Below are positions 11,453 to 25,750 of a DNA stretch of 64,000 bases, one piece after another; position 1 is the stretch's first letter, and each line of letters starts with the position of its first letter. The stretch comes from Octopus vulgaris. Lineage: Eukaryota. A program made the translations under genes and the position numbers. The notes under the pieces were generated by a model. It saw nothing but the letters and a program-made list of their open reading frames with translations. It did not search any database and was not told the DNA's origin. The stretch is taken from positions 72,540,001 to 72,604,000 of the forward strand of contig OX597826.1 in assembly GCA_951406725.2 (NCBI GenBank). Reading direction: 5' to 3'.

Positions 11453-12469
11453 GTCGTCTATGTTTCATAGGGAACAAAGGGCTGAAGTGAATAACAATAC
11501 AATGCAGTACACTACGATATAGCAAAATATAAAGTCAATAGTTTAATGTAGTAAAACGCGGTATGCTATATACAGTACTGTACAGCATGGTATAGTACAT
11601 TTACAATATAGTGTTTGGAATGTAGAACAGCTGTTTTGAAGCCCTAACTGTTAGGGCAACATGACCCACTATAAAAGTGGGAGGTAACCCGTCACTCTTA
11701 TATGGTGAGGTTCAGCCCATACTGGGTACATTGGGCATCTTCTAACAAACTGTGTCTAAAGTTGCATAACAGTGGCATGGTGGTGGAGAAGGAGAGAGTG
11801 AGGGAGAAAGGGGTGGTGGCAGCTATGGGATATATATGTATATACACATACGAGAGAGCGGGAGCATAAGTGATATTTACAAAGATAGATATGTCACATG
11901 TGAGTAAGTTACAGTGTTTGTTGTTGAAGTGTTAAAATTAAGGTCAGCTGTTTCGTGTTTGTTGGGTTTAAAAAGTGAAAACAACAACAATGTTGAATAC
12001 ATGTGTATGTATATATATAAATATACATACATATACACACACATATATATATATATATATCTGCATGTGTGTGTATATATATATATATCTGCATGTATGT
12101 ATATATATATATATATATTTGCTTACAAACTTACAAAGAAAAAAAAAAGACCTTCACCAGTAAGTAACACAACATACACAAACACATATACATTTATAAG
12201 CATGAGTGTTCACACCTAGACACACACACCAGCCTTATTGTTATTTGTTTTTGTTATCAGACTATAAGCTAACTTGCAATAAAAAAAAGTGATTATAGAA
12301 GGCTGAAATGATTTATTGTTGAAGTAGAACGACTTTTGTAAAAGGAGAAGGTGTATGGGTGGATCAGGGTGTAGAGAGGGTATTTTATAAGACTTTGTAG
12401 TAAGGTAAATATAAACACTGATTTACAAATATTAAATGTTTATATGGTGGTATGTACTGTAGTTAAAGA

Positions 12470-12610
12470 AATAATGCAGGAAATATGAAATAATGTTGGA
12501 AAATGTGAAATGGTGTAGAAAATATGGAAATAGTGTTGGAAATTTGAAATAGTATAGTAAAATGTGAAATAGTGAATATGTGAAAGAACCTATTATGTGA
12601 AATAGTGTTA
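12470..12610. repeat. Degenerate ~20-bp tandem repeat (AAATGTGAAATAGTGTTGG-like)
   Basis: About six imperfect units visible. Confidence 0.55.
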
Positions 12611-13681
12611 TAATTCTTTCTACTATATGCACAAGGCTAGAGGGGTACCTAGTTGATTACATCAACCCTCAGTACTCAACTGGTACTTATTTTATCAACC
12701 TTGAAAGAATGAAAGGTAAACTTGACCTTGGTGGCATTTGAACTCAGAACTTAATCGGTTGGAAGGAATACTTCTAGGTATTTTATCTGCATGCTCTAAC
12801 AATTCTGCATGCTCATAATGATATGTGAAGTAACAGGGGGATATGCAACATAGTGAAACAGTCACCAAATACACACACTTTTTCCAACTGATATAAACAA
12901 CTAAATCCACTCCCAGATGTACTGAGATTAACACAGGAACAGAATGTCTCAAATGAATGGAAATAGTGCCTTTTCACACAGGATTAAGTACTACAATTGG
13001 GATTGTGCGCACCAGGAAGGAGTGTTCATATGTTGCAGCTGTATTCTAGACAATTTGAACATTTCAAATGCCATACTTCAACCTGGTCAGAGTCTATCAA
13101 TATTTAGACCCAAGTCTAAACTTCGATTATCTAAACTTATGATCAATAATATTCCAGCTGTGACAACCCATTTTTTAAGGGCTTTGACACAAATTATATT
13201 ATCTAATTAAGGCAGAAGTTTGCTTTCCCTAGTTAAGACAGAGGTTTGAAATTTGAGGAAAACTGGGCAGCTATTTCTAGCAAGTCAATTACTTGGCTGG
13301 AGATATCTATTACTATTAGCCTGAGGTGAACTTCAATGAAATGTGTTATAATCTCACCTATGGCTATGAAATCAACTTAGCTGCGAAATGGCTATGAAAT
13401 CAGATTAGAAGTTATGAGTTCAAGTCTACCATAGTTATTGCCTTAATTTTTCTTCTATGTGACTCAGTTGAGCTAACTGTAAGAAATAGAGAATCTTACC
13501 CCAGTTACAGATGTCTTATCCAGCAGCACATTTGCCTCATCTGTTTAATACCATAACACTGAAACTCAGTACCTTAAAAGATCTTTGAGTCTTTGGAGAT
13601 ATTTGCATTTATTTTAAGCTGCCTGTCAAGGTATACTGTGGTTCCCCATTTCAAAAATTACACACACACACACACACACAC

Positions 13682-13715
<34 letters not shown>

Positions 13716-16169
13716 ATCACATCACGTGACCGACCAGTCCATCAGATGTAGTTACACATCGCTGGTCACAATGCGTTCGCATTATTTTAGCCCTAACCAC
13801 TAGGCTATTGCGCCTCCACTATATATATATATATATATATATAAAACTGATATTGGTGAATACTAAACAAGTTAAGCAATAATATAGTTGCCCCCTTGCT
13901 AGCTCATTTGATTCAATAATATACTGAAGACAAACATGTCTTCAAGTCAAACTAATTTCTCATCCTACTTAAAAAATAGCCATCTAAACACACCGACCTC
14001 CTCATATCACACTCTGTGACATGAGTGTGGAAGGATGAAAAAGAAAATTGATGAGTGGGTGAGATTAGAATTTAGCAGAATTAGTAAGAATCATTAAATA
14101 CATCGAGTGAAAACGAAATCAGCAGGCAGCTCAATGAATCAACTGACGCTTCAAACACCAGCCAATTACTCATATTTGGAAGTCAGGTTTATAAAAAGAA
14201 CATCAAGTGTTTTTTTGTCCTGTAATCAACTTGGTACAACAACCAAAACAGCTGACGTGTTTCAGATGATTCAATTTTCTTCTGATCACTCTGAATTATC
14301 CAGGAGACTGAACAAGGTCTATTTGTATGGATGGAAATTATGCTGTAATTGGCAAGAAACCTCGATTCTTTGCTCGGGTCAAAGAGAAAGCTCTACATGT
14401 TTTCACTACATGCTGTATTCTGCATGACACAGTTCTGGTATCCAAAACACTGTTCTAATAATAAACTTGTTCTAATAATAAATAAGTTTGTTTTTCTTTG
14501 AGGGAGCCAATTCTACTATTTTCTTCAACCAAGTCACAACACCAGTTTTACCTGTGGGAGTGTTTTATAATCAAACTAATAAACACCTTTCATATACTTC
14601 TCTAAAATAAAAAAGTCACTTCCCACCATCATACCCTGTCAGAACTCAACCTGTCTCAAGGCAAACAAACATTTGTATTCCACCTGTCCTCTTTTTGATA
14701 ATCAACTATGGCATACTACTGGTACCTTTTTACATAAATCACTGAATATTCTATGTCAAAGATAACGGCAGCTGGGATTGAACTGAGAAATTCAATATTA
14801 TAGACTAGATATTGTAACTGTGAAATATAAGGATTAGTCATATCCTACATTTTTCAGAAAAATGTGCATGTGTGTGTGTGTGTATATATATATATTTATA
14901 TACACATGGTGCTCAGTTGTCTTTGCTGTTTACTCACAGTTCAAAGATGTTCCAACTGTAACCATTCTGTCTTTTATTCAATCCGAATATATTGATGTCT
15001 ACATGACCATCAACATCATTTAGTGTCTGTTTTCCATGCTGGCATGGGTTGAACAGTTTGACAAAAGCTGACCAGCTGAAGAGGGCTGTTCAAGCTCCAT
15101 GTCTGTTTTGGCATGGTTCCTACAGCTGGATGCCCTTCCTAACACCAACTATTTTACAGAGTGTACTGGATGCTTTTTATATGGCACCAGCACCTATGAG
15201 ATTAGGGATGCTCAGCTGGAGGGAACTGCAGAGGACAAGCCTGTATGCAAGGGCAACCACCACAGTAAACCGCCAGGAATCTCAGTCCCCTATCATCCCC
15301 TCTGTGAGTCCCAACGTCTGTAGATCCTTTCTCACCACTTCATCCAATACATGTCCTTTTAGACTACAAGGTGTGATTTGATAGAAATTTCTCTGCTGTT
15401 TGTAGCAGGTCAAGTAGAGGCTCTTTAATAGAATGTAAACATGGTTCATAGGTGGTTGTTATAACACACACACGCACAATATAAATTTCTGTAGCTCTAA
15501 TTCAATTACCATGTTTTGCACCAGTGTTAAGAAGTGTTTGTATGTTTTCGCAGCAAATTTATATGAAAAATATTGAGACAAGAAGTGTTGTCACTGCTGT
15601 ATGCAATTCAGGATTGACTAATTACCAGTAGTCAGTCATTTGAACTTCGAAAGATCTTAGCAGCATGTTCTATTGATGTTAAGTGCCAGCTGAATATCTC
15701 AACAAACTTGTTTACAATATTGGAGGAATTGTACAGAACTATGACTTTCATTAGCAGACATAGATCACAATGATAGGAAGGAGTGAAAGGATGGAAGTTG
15801 TAATAAGGAAGAAAGATGAAAATAGACAGCCGAAAAAAAAAAAGAAGAAAAAAACAGAAAAAAAAGGAAATTAATAGAAGATGAAATAAGTAAAGACATG
15901 AAATCATGGAATAGAAGATGAACATTTAAAGGAAAATAAGATGAAGAAGTGAGAAGAAAGAGTAAATAAATGAGAAGAAGTAAAAAAAAAAGAATTTTAT
16001 CAATTACAATTTTGCTGGGTATATACTGTATGTATGTATGTGTATGTATACACACACACATCTATACATACATACATATATACATACATACATGCACATA
16101 CATACATACATACATACACACAGATATATATATCTTCGATACTATTTTTATATTCTCAAATGCCCTGGA

Positions 16170-16760
16170 GGACCTTTAGAGGTATGAGATGGTTTCTGTT
16201 ATCTAGGTGACCTAATTAGCAGTGGAAGAGGATGTTCTGAAAGTATAGTAGCCAGAGTAAGAACAAGCTGGAGGAAGTTCAGAGAACTACTACTTCTGTT
16301 GGCAAAGAAAAAGGTTTCTCTCTCAGAGTGAAAGACACACACTGTATGATTACTTGTGCACAAACTGCAACACTACATGGTGGAGGGACATGGGCCCTGA
16401 ATGAAGAAGACTGGCAAAGAATGACAAAGTACAGATGTGTTGAGAGAAAAACTTGGCATAAGAAAAATCAGATGTAGTGTACAAGAAAGAAGATCGTGTT
16501 GGTATGGGCATGAAATGCATATAGATGAGGACAGCTGTATAAAGAGGCACAGATTGTTTACAGTGGGTGGAATCTGTGGAAGAGGGAGACCAGGAAAGAT
16601 GTAGGACAAAGTAGTGAAGGCCAAGGTCTTCAGTGAAACGTATCAAGTCATGGAGAGATGATACCTTACTGGGAAATAGAAAGGACATCCGGCTGTAGAA
16701 TGACTGTCTCAGCAGATTCTGAGTGACCCATGCAAACATGGAACAACAGACTTGAATACT
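16170..16760 (+). pseudogene. Heavily decayed RTE LINE 3' fragment
   Basis: Collinear with 20845-21250 (TTGAGAGAAAAACTTGGCATAAGA...GTTGGTATGGGCATG...GAGACCAGGAAAG) and ends in the family B GGACATCCGGCTGTAGAA motif. Confidence 0.6.
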
Positions 16761-19700
16761 ATACATCACATCATTTCAATATGTCCAATTAAAATGCTTT
16801 CAAATTTATAATTGTAGTGACATTGAATGTGTTTCATTGTATTCAGAGATGCATGTGCCCTCTTTCTGTATGTGTGTGTGTGTGTGTCTATATGTATGTA
16901 TGTATATATATATGTATGTATGTTGGGCTAAAAAGTCACATTCAATCACAGCACCACTAACAGTTAAGCTTTGTGCAAAGGCCATACTCGATAACGAGGG
17001 GGCAGCCATAATAATGTATGTATGTATGTATGTATGTATGTATGTATGTATGTATGTATGTATCTATCTATCTATCTGTATATATATATATATATCATCA
17101 TCATCATCATCATCGTTTAGCGTCCGCTTTCCATGCTGGCATGGGTTGGACGGTGCAACTGGGGTCTGGGAAGCCAGAAGGCTGCACCAGGCCCAGTCTG
17201 ATCTGGCAATGTTTCTACAGCTGGATACCCTTCCTAACGCCAACCACTCCATGAGTGTAGTGGCTGCTTTTTACGTGCCACTGGCACAGGTGCCAGACGA
17301 GGGTGGCAAACGGCCACGATCAGATGGTGCTTTTTACGTGCCACTGGCACGACACAAACACACACATACAACTGAATGTACAACATGACAGCCTGAAGAA
17401 CTGTATGATTCTAAAGCAACAAAACTGTAACAAGTTGACAGTATTAGTTTCAGCTAACCAATTAAATTACACACACGCATACACATGATGAGCTTCTTTC
17501 AGTTTCCATCTACCAAATCCACTCACAGGGCTTTGGTTGGCCCAAGGCTATAGTAGAAGACACTTGCCCAAGGTGCCACGCAGTGGGACTGAAACTGGAA
17601 CCATGTGGTTGGGAAGCAAGCTTCTTACCACACAGCCACTAATCTTTTACTTGTTTCAGTCGCTGGATCCCTGCCGTGTTGGGGCACAATCTTGAAGGAT
17701 TAAGTTGAACAAATCAACCTCAGTACTTATTTTTTCAAACCCGGTACTTATTCTGACAGTCTCTTTTGGCACACAGCTATCTTATGGGGACGTAAAGAAA
17801 CCAACACCACATGCCAAGCAATGGTAGGAGTACAAACACAGAGCCACACAAACACACACACCTAAACACAGAAACTTGTAAGATAAAGCCAAAATAATGC
17901 AAGATAAATTACAAAGTGAACCATCAAGAGAAAACAGGAAAACTTGCATTGTTTTGGTCTTATCAGTGGAGGTGCATGACTCAGTGGTTAGGATGTTGAA
18001 CTCATGAGCGTAAGATTGTGGTTTTGATTCCTGAACCAAGTGATACATTGTGTTCTGGAGCAAAACACTTCATTTCACATTGCTCCAGCTGGTAAAAAAT
18101 GAGTAATTCTATGATGGACTGGCATCATGTCCAGGTGGGGTATATATAGGCCATGGAATTGGGCTTCTTTCAGTTTCCTTCAGCCAAATTCACTCAGAAG
18201 GCATTGGTTGGCCCAGGACTATAGTAGAAGACACTTGCTCAAGATGTAGCACAGTGGGAATGAACCTGAAACCACATGATTGCTAAGCAAGCTTCTTTCC
18301 CACACAGCTGTATCTGTGCCTGGTATATTCTTTTATTCTTTGTTTCAGTCATTTGACTGTGGCCATGCTGGAGTACCGCCTTTAGTCAAATAGATCGACC
18401 CCAGGACTTATTCTTTGTAAGCCTAGTACTTATTCTATTGGTTTCTTTTGCCGAACTGCTAAGTTACGGGAAGTAAACACACCAACATCAGTTGTCAAGC
18501 GATGTTGTGGGGAATAAACATTGACACACAGACGTACACACACACATATAAATATATATATGACAGGCTTCTTTCAGTTTCCATCGACCAAATCCACTCA
18601 CAAGACTTTGGTTGGCCCAAAGCCATAGTAAAAGACATTTTCCCAAGGTGCCACACAGTGAGACTGAACTTGGAACCATGTGGTAGGGAAACAAGCTACT
18701 TACCACACAGCCACTCCCGTGTATAAACTTGTAAGTTAAGGCTAAACTAGTAGTAAAGAGTAAAATTCTTTCCAGACTCATAGGGCTGGTTTCCCAATTT
18801 CCATGGCATGTCTATTCCTCACCTGGATGGGACACCTGTCAGTCACAGGATTACTCATTTTTGCCAGCTAAGTGGACTGGAGGAACATGAAACGAAGTGT
18901 TTTGCTCAAGAATACGTGTTGCTTAGCCCAGGATTTGAAACCACAATCTTACGATCACAAGTCCTACATTCTAAGCACTGAGCCACCTCCCTCTACTGAT
19001 ATGGCCAAAACAATGCAAGTTTTCCTGTTTTCCTTTTGTAATTCACTTTGTAATTTATCTCGCATTATTTTGGCTCTTTATCTTACAAGTTTATCTAATT
19101 TAATATCTCACAATGTTTCGCCCTATTCTATTTTAATATATATCTATGTTTGTATGTATATATTTATGCGTGTGTGTGTGAGTGCGTGAGCCGCGCATGT
19201 GTGTGGAATCATTGCTCTTCGCTGTTGTCATTAATACCTTGTGAAAAGTATCTGCTCCACAACATCTCAGAAGGCCATGTGCCTAGTCATTGTATGCAAA
19301 GAAACATTTGACATACACGCATACATTAATGTGTACAGATTCATATCTCTGTAAACATACAGAGAAAATAGTAAAAGAAAATTTTATTGGGATGAGTCAA
19401 AATGACAGAAGTACAAAGACTGAGGCTATGAGTCATACCCAGATTTCACTGGTGATGTCCCTTCAAACCTGACTGTCAGCTCTGCGTGTGTGGTGCGTGT
19501 GTGTGTGTGCATAAGTAAGTACTCATGAACCCATACACAATGTCTATGTGCATCTATATAAACACATGCATGTACACATGCACACATACATTTATGTAAT
19601 TATGCATACGCATATGTGTATCTATGTAAAGCACACACATTGACACCCATATACAGCAAATAAATGCATATATCTAAATAAACATACTCACATGTATGCG

Positions 19701-20844
19701 TATATATATATATACACATACACACACACACACACATGTTTATACACATACAGAGAAGCATTCAAATACACACATAATCGTAGACCTGTATATACATACA
19801 CAATACACACATACCCAGTCCAAAAGAGAAAGAACACATACACTCCTATATTTTGGCTGAGGTAAAAGTTTAAAAAAAAAAATAATAATCACCGTCACAA
19901 TATCTTATTGTTACTATTGTTGTTTTGAGGTCGAGGAGTGATTCAATCCTGATTGGAGGCGGTTTTTATAAGTACCCATGTAGATTTAAGTTGGAGAACA
20001 CACTATCTACACTGTGTAGGTTAACATACACATATACAGACACATACAAACACATACACTCATACAAAACAATGTAGTGAATCAAAAAGAATTTTTAATC
20101 TAATGAAATTACACTTTCAATGAGTAAAGATGCTTGTGTTAAAACAATTCTCATTAAGATGGGCAAGGGAGAAAACTTTGAAATGTAAACTGATCAAAAA
20201 TTAAATGGAGACATGCAGTGGAGGATGCGTCTCATCTTTGGTAGATTGGATGATAATGCCAGATATGTTGCTCAGGTCGACTTTGCCTTTCATCCTTTCG
20301 GGGTCGATAAATTAAGTACCAGTTACGCACTGGGGTCGATGTAATCGACTTAATCCGTTTGTCTGTCCTTGTTTGTCCCCTCTATGTTTAGACCCTTGTG
20401 GGCAATAAAGAAACAGATATGTTGCTCAGGGGAGGGGAACGGAGAGGAGAGAGAGAGAGAGGAGGGGGAAAAAGTTACATGAGAAATGCCACAGGGAAGG
20501 CATGAATATCACAACACATTTTACTCTTTTAATTACAAAATGACCAGTAAGGGTGTGCAGCACTCATACACAATATATTTTGTGATGTGGGGGTGAGCGT
20601 AAAGGCTTGGATGTGAGAGCTGCTCAAATGTATGTAAACATATAAACCACACACTCCCATCACACACGTCTGTAGTAGGCTGTGACATATGTAATACACT
20701 GAGTTGAAAAACTTAGATTATTTGAAATTATCCTTGTAATTAGTGGACATAAACTTCCTCTTGAGGTGTTTAAAATCCAAGAACAACAAACAAGGGAAAT
20801 AACACCAATAAGATTGGTTGATTGAAATTTCTTGACAACGTAGA

Positions 20845-21697
20845 AACTGCCATGCTTCACAGCAGTGAAACATGGGCTGTGACTGCGGAAGACATGCGTA
20901 GGCTCGAAAGAAATGAAGCTAGCATGATCCACTGGATGTATAATGTCAGTGTGCACACATAACAGAGTGTAAGCGCCCTGAGAGAAATGTTGGACATAAG
21001 AAGCATCGGATGTGGTGTGCAGGAGAGGCGTTTGCGTTGGTATGGTCATGTACTACGGATGGACGAGGAGAGATGTGTGAAGAAGAGCCACTCCCAAACA
21101 GTGGAAGGAACCCGGGGTAGAGGTAGACCCAGGAAGACATGGGATGAGGTGGTCAAGCATGACCTTCCAACGGGCCTCACAGAGGCAATGATGAAAAACC
21201 GAGACCTCTGGAGTTATGCTGTGACCACGAAGACCCGACAAATGAAGTGAGTTCATGGCTCGCAGGACGGCCTGCAGTACTAACTTTGGATCGTAGGGCG
21301 ACCTGCTGTGCTTGAGGAGACCTATTGAGTCAAGTACATCAACATCAAAATAAAAATCAAATGGAAATTGTAGTTGTGATACCCGTACCGGTGGCACGTA
21401 AAATGCACCATCTGAACGTGGCCAATGTCAGTGCCGCTTTGACTGGTGTCCGTGCTGGTGGCACGTAAATAGCACCAACTGATCGTGGCTGTTGCCAGCC
21501 TCCCCTGGCCCCTGTGCCAGTGGCATGTAAAAAGCACCCACTACACTCACAAAGTGGTTAGCATTAGGAAGGGCATCCAGCTGTAGAAACACTGCCAGAT
21601 CAGACTGGAGCCTGGTGCAGCCTCCTGGCTTCTCAGACCCTGGGCAAACCATCCAATCAATGCTAGCATGGAAAATGGATGTTAAACGATGATGATG
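20845..21697 (+). mobile_element. 5'-truncated RTE-clade LINE (ORF C-terminus, 3' UTR and (GAT)n tail)
   Basis: ORF 20987-21250 encodes RRLRWYGHVLRM...EGTRGRGRPRKTW, the typical RTE C-terminus. The 3' UTR has repeated GTGGCACGTAAA..GCACC motifs and ends GTTAAACGATGATGATG. Confidence 0.85.
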
Positions 21698-22566
21698 TAG
21701 GCAATGTGGATGTGAGTAGATTTGGCTTTTAAATCTCACTGGTGAGAGCAGGGGACATAACAAGATTCTACCAGGCTTTCTAAGCAAAGCAACACTCTAT
21801 TCAGCTGACAAGCCCAAGAGTAATCAATGTGTGTGACTGTCTTCTTAGCATGACATCATGTGATAGTTGTAAGCAAGTATGAAAGATAGATAGACAGACA
21901 GAGACAGATGTCGTGAATGTAGTGATGCTGATTATAAATGGCTGAAGGAAACTCTCTTTGGTACATTCTGCACATTAAATACAAATACTGTAGTCTCATT
22001 AAAAAAAAAAAAAACATCAGTTGACTGCAATTAGCAGAGAAACAGTTTAGAGGGGTTTTTAAGAAAAAAATCTAAAAAACAAGTAAGGGAAATAACTCCA
22101 AGGAGATCAGTTGACTGAAATATTTGGAAATCAAAGGCAATGTAGAGGTGTAGATATCCTTAAATTGAACTGATAAAGACAACAGACACATTTCATTCCC
22201 TGTAGACCTCTTCAGTGAAGCCCGTTTCACTCAGTAAGACCAAGAATGATTAGTGTTTATAGAAATGCATGGAGAATAGTGACACACACACACACAATAC
22301 TTGTACACAATTATGCACACAGACTTCAAGATATCACCATTCACACACCAGATTACTTATAAGCATACTGCAGTGGGTAAATATCCAAATATATGCCTGA
22401 TTATACACAGGCATATTTGCATACATAGACACATGCAACAGCAGCTGGTGTGCCCACACTTACAAAATACAGGGACATACATATGTGCACATACAAAATC
22501 CCACATTTACTAAAAAAATAGTTATCAATAACACTCAGATATACACACATACAAACGTCATTTCCA

Positions 22567-22620
<54 letters not shown>

Positions 22621-24469
22621 TAAACAAACACCACATACGTAACACACCACCACACACACTTGTAACACCCTGAACAGTGCGCATCACCCGTACAATTATC
22701 GTCACTAATAAGTCACCTGATACAACCAACTCGATGATTTCATCCTAACATAAGTTTTACAACTGATCGCATCACACAGCAGACACAGAAGATGCGTTTG
22801 ATGACAGAAGGAAAATATGGAAAATGGTCTGGCAGAGATACACTATAGTAATGGTTGTTTGGTTATTAATGTTGCTGTAGCTATTGTTGTTGCTTTAGAA
22901 CTTCGCAAATGATATAATTCAACAGAATTCAGTTGCTTTCGCATATCAAAGAATTTGTACCACAATATCTAAAAGATAATTCAGCACACGTTTTCATTCA
23001 CACACCATCTCTTAGATTCTCCTGTCTTTTCTTGCTTAGTGAGCAGGAGAACAGTACCCACAGTCCTTTCCAAGGCCATATAGATGGTTGGAGAATGGGA
23101 AGGCGGGAGATAAACTGAAGGCCTTGATCCGAATGTTTGCGAAAAAGTGCACTTCGCTAAAGAGATGCAAGGACCACAACATAAACCACTTTCATGCATA
23201 CAAACGCATATATGAGCATCATGTCTTTTACAGAAACCTGCATCTGTCTCTATCACGCGTCTATATTTCTTCTCCACACATGCATACATATGGACACACA
23301 CTCCCTACCTCCCTATATCTAGACTACACATATACCCCTCACTTCTACCATACACACCCATATATCCTCTATATTATTGACAGACACGCAAACAATCTCC
23401 CTCTTCTTACATTACACAGGACAGCCTCCCCATTCTCTCTCTACATGTATCATAACCTCGCATTACCCCTGCCTCCCTACATTTGAGGGGCGTCCACAGA
23501 CCATCGTCGTTGACACTCCCTCTCTGTCATATTTAAACTAACAACATCAACAACAATACTTTTTAAACATAGGCACAAGGCAGCGAAATTGGAGGGGAGG
23601 AGTGAGGAATAGTCGATGAAATCTCACTAGTATTGCATTGGCATTTATTTTATGGACCAAGGAAGAATGAAAAAAAAAAAAAAAAAGTCAAACTGAAAAT
23701 TGCAAAGATGACAATAAAGAAATACTATTTTTTAAATAACGTATCGTTTTTTTTTTTTCATCTTGCATGTATCTATCTATATAGTAAACATACGTGTAAA
23801 AATCTGTCTGTGTGTGTATGTGTGTGTGTGGTATATATATTTATACACGTGTATATAAGTGTGCAGCTAAATAGGCGTGTGTATTATATATATGAGTTAA
23901 ATGCATACACAAACACACATACACAGAGATTGTGCGTATAGTAAAGTACAGGTAGCTCCAGCTCACAGCACAGATAAAGTGTGCAGTGGCATAATCAGTG
24001 CTGGAGAGAAAGACGGAGGTGATTAGATACATACGTAATGCACACACACACATACACACACACAGATTATAGAGTAAAAAGAGAAAGAGAAAATAATACA
24101 ATGTAAACACAGAGGTAAATATAAACGAATATATCTATATAAATAATAAAAACATCCAAATGGTTGTGACGACCGCTATTTCTCACTCTCAGTGTATTCT
24201 TCATATTCCTGCACACAAAATAAGGAAAGGAAAAAAAAATATATATCTGCTTTTACTCTCCGAAGTCGGACTCCAATTAAAGAGTAAGGCCTGCAAAGAA
24301 ATTTGCATCAGAAAAATCCAAAAACTCTGTCTTCGGCGACGGTACAGTGCTGATATAAGTAATATAAACACGGGAGTGTGGGGTGTCAATCGGTAATGAA
24401 AGTGGGAAGATAGAAAGGATAAGTTGAAAGGAAGATAGGAAAATATAAGAGAAAATAGTCTCTTCTCAC

Positions 24470-24990
24470 CTCCATCGTTTGGTCGGTGTGATGTTCCTTA
24501 GAAATTCCTTCTCACTGGATGCAGCTTGAACAGCAGAAGTGCAAGTACCATCGCGCTGGACGGTCTCACACAGACTCTGTTGTTTATGGAAACCGACAGA
24601 GTTAAAACGGTGAAGTCCTTCGCCCATTTCTGCCCTATGACCGTCCAATTCGGCCGTATTGATAGATTTAACCGGGCTACTATTTCTAATGTTTCTACTG
24701 TAAGCACAATTCGTTTGTTCATCTAAGTTGGAAGATAAATAGTTTTGTGATCGCTGTTTTCGATCTGACGCTGTCGTCGTCGCCGCCGTGGCAGACCGCG
24801 ATGGTGCATCATAACGGCCACTGTTTTCTTTGCTCTCTTCTTGCCTTTCGGAAGTTTTCTTATTATAGTTGAACATAGCATATTTAGTATCCCTGTGCGT
24901 GCCATCTAACGAGATGTTCGTGAGGAAATTAAAGGCTGCTATCCTGTGTCTGCACCGTTTCTTCTGCTGGCGTTGGCTGGTTGTCGCCAT
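24470..24990 (-). CDS. CABLES1: First coding exon of a CDK5 and ABL1 enzyme substrate (Cables) homologue
   Basis: The N-terminal motif RHRIAAFNFLTNISLDG matches the conserved Cables RRxAAxxFLxNISLDG. The start context is gacATGG and the exon ends at TGGAG|GTGAGA (donor GT at 24469-24468, phase 2). The sequence is CpG-rich and non-repetitive. Probably a co-orthologue of vertebrate CABLES1/2. Confidence 0.85.
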
Positions 24991-25750
24991 GTCGGAGTTA
25001 TCACGCGAATAAACGCTAACCTTGTGCGAAACTAAAATAAATCAATAAAAAGTACGAGACTAAAGCAAACGAGGCTAGCTCCGTTCTCGTCCGCGCACCT
25101 TATCTTACGTCTGCTCTTTCCACTTGAATTTTTTTATTTATTTTTTTTTCTTCTACTTTTTTTTTCTAAATGAAAAACTGACAATCTAAAAAGATGGGGC
25201 GATCGGATTCAGTGATGTTTATGTCTTTCTCAAGGGCATTAATGATCTGTGTAAAATTAAACAGCTCTGACTGGCACGTGAAACCATAATTCAGACCCAG
25301 TTCAGGGAGCGTCTTTTAAGAATATTATATATATTAGCTTCTTAGACACATAGTCCCGCTTTTTAAAGGGGAGTGTTTGAAGTTGTGACCTTCGATCCTT
25401 TCTTATGGGAACTGATAGTTTAAATGAAGCGAAATTGCTTCAACCGGCCTAAAACTGAGCTCGTCATGAGATTCTTGGTGTATGAGGCTCGCTTCAATTC
25501 AGACAGAAACAGGCTGAATTCTTTCTCATGCCAATTCCAACTTTAGCCTAAAGGCAGCACAGGAAAAGCAAGCTATAAATATGTCGATAGGAGATATTTT
25601 TGGACCTCTCAAACGAAAGAAAACTATATTTTATCTCGTTTTCGTCTATCGGCGTTTCGTTTCATAAACTGTACCGGTTTACAATCATTACGTTATTATT
25701 GTCATTAACATTATTAATTTATGAAATAAATAGCTGATCGTGGAAATGCA
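24991..25750 (-). promoter_or_regulatory. Cables 5' UTR and promoter region (CpG-retaining, repeat-free)
   Basis: Visibly more CpG than the flanks and no SINEs; E-box CACGTG at 25275-25280 and a CGCG-like word at 25001-25010. Confidence 0.5.

Noticed and set aside
22185-22220. Possible - strand hammerhead (CUGAAGA...GAAA..GUC)
   Set aside because: Stems I and II barely pair; compatible with chance.
22933-23486. Overlapping ORFs in non-repetitive sequence near Cables exon 1, considered as a possible exon 2
   Set aside because: No recognisable Cables or other protein motif and no convincing splice pair; could be regulatory but this is unsupported.
25424-25546. 40-codon ORF divergent from Cables
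   Set aside because: Short, with no similarity I can recognise and no splice support.
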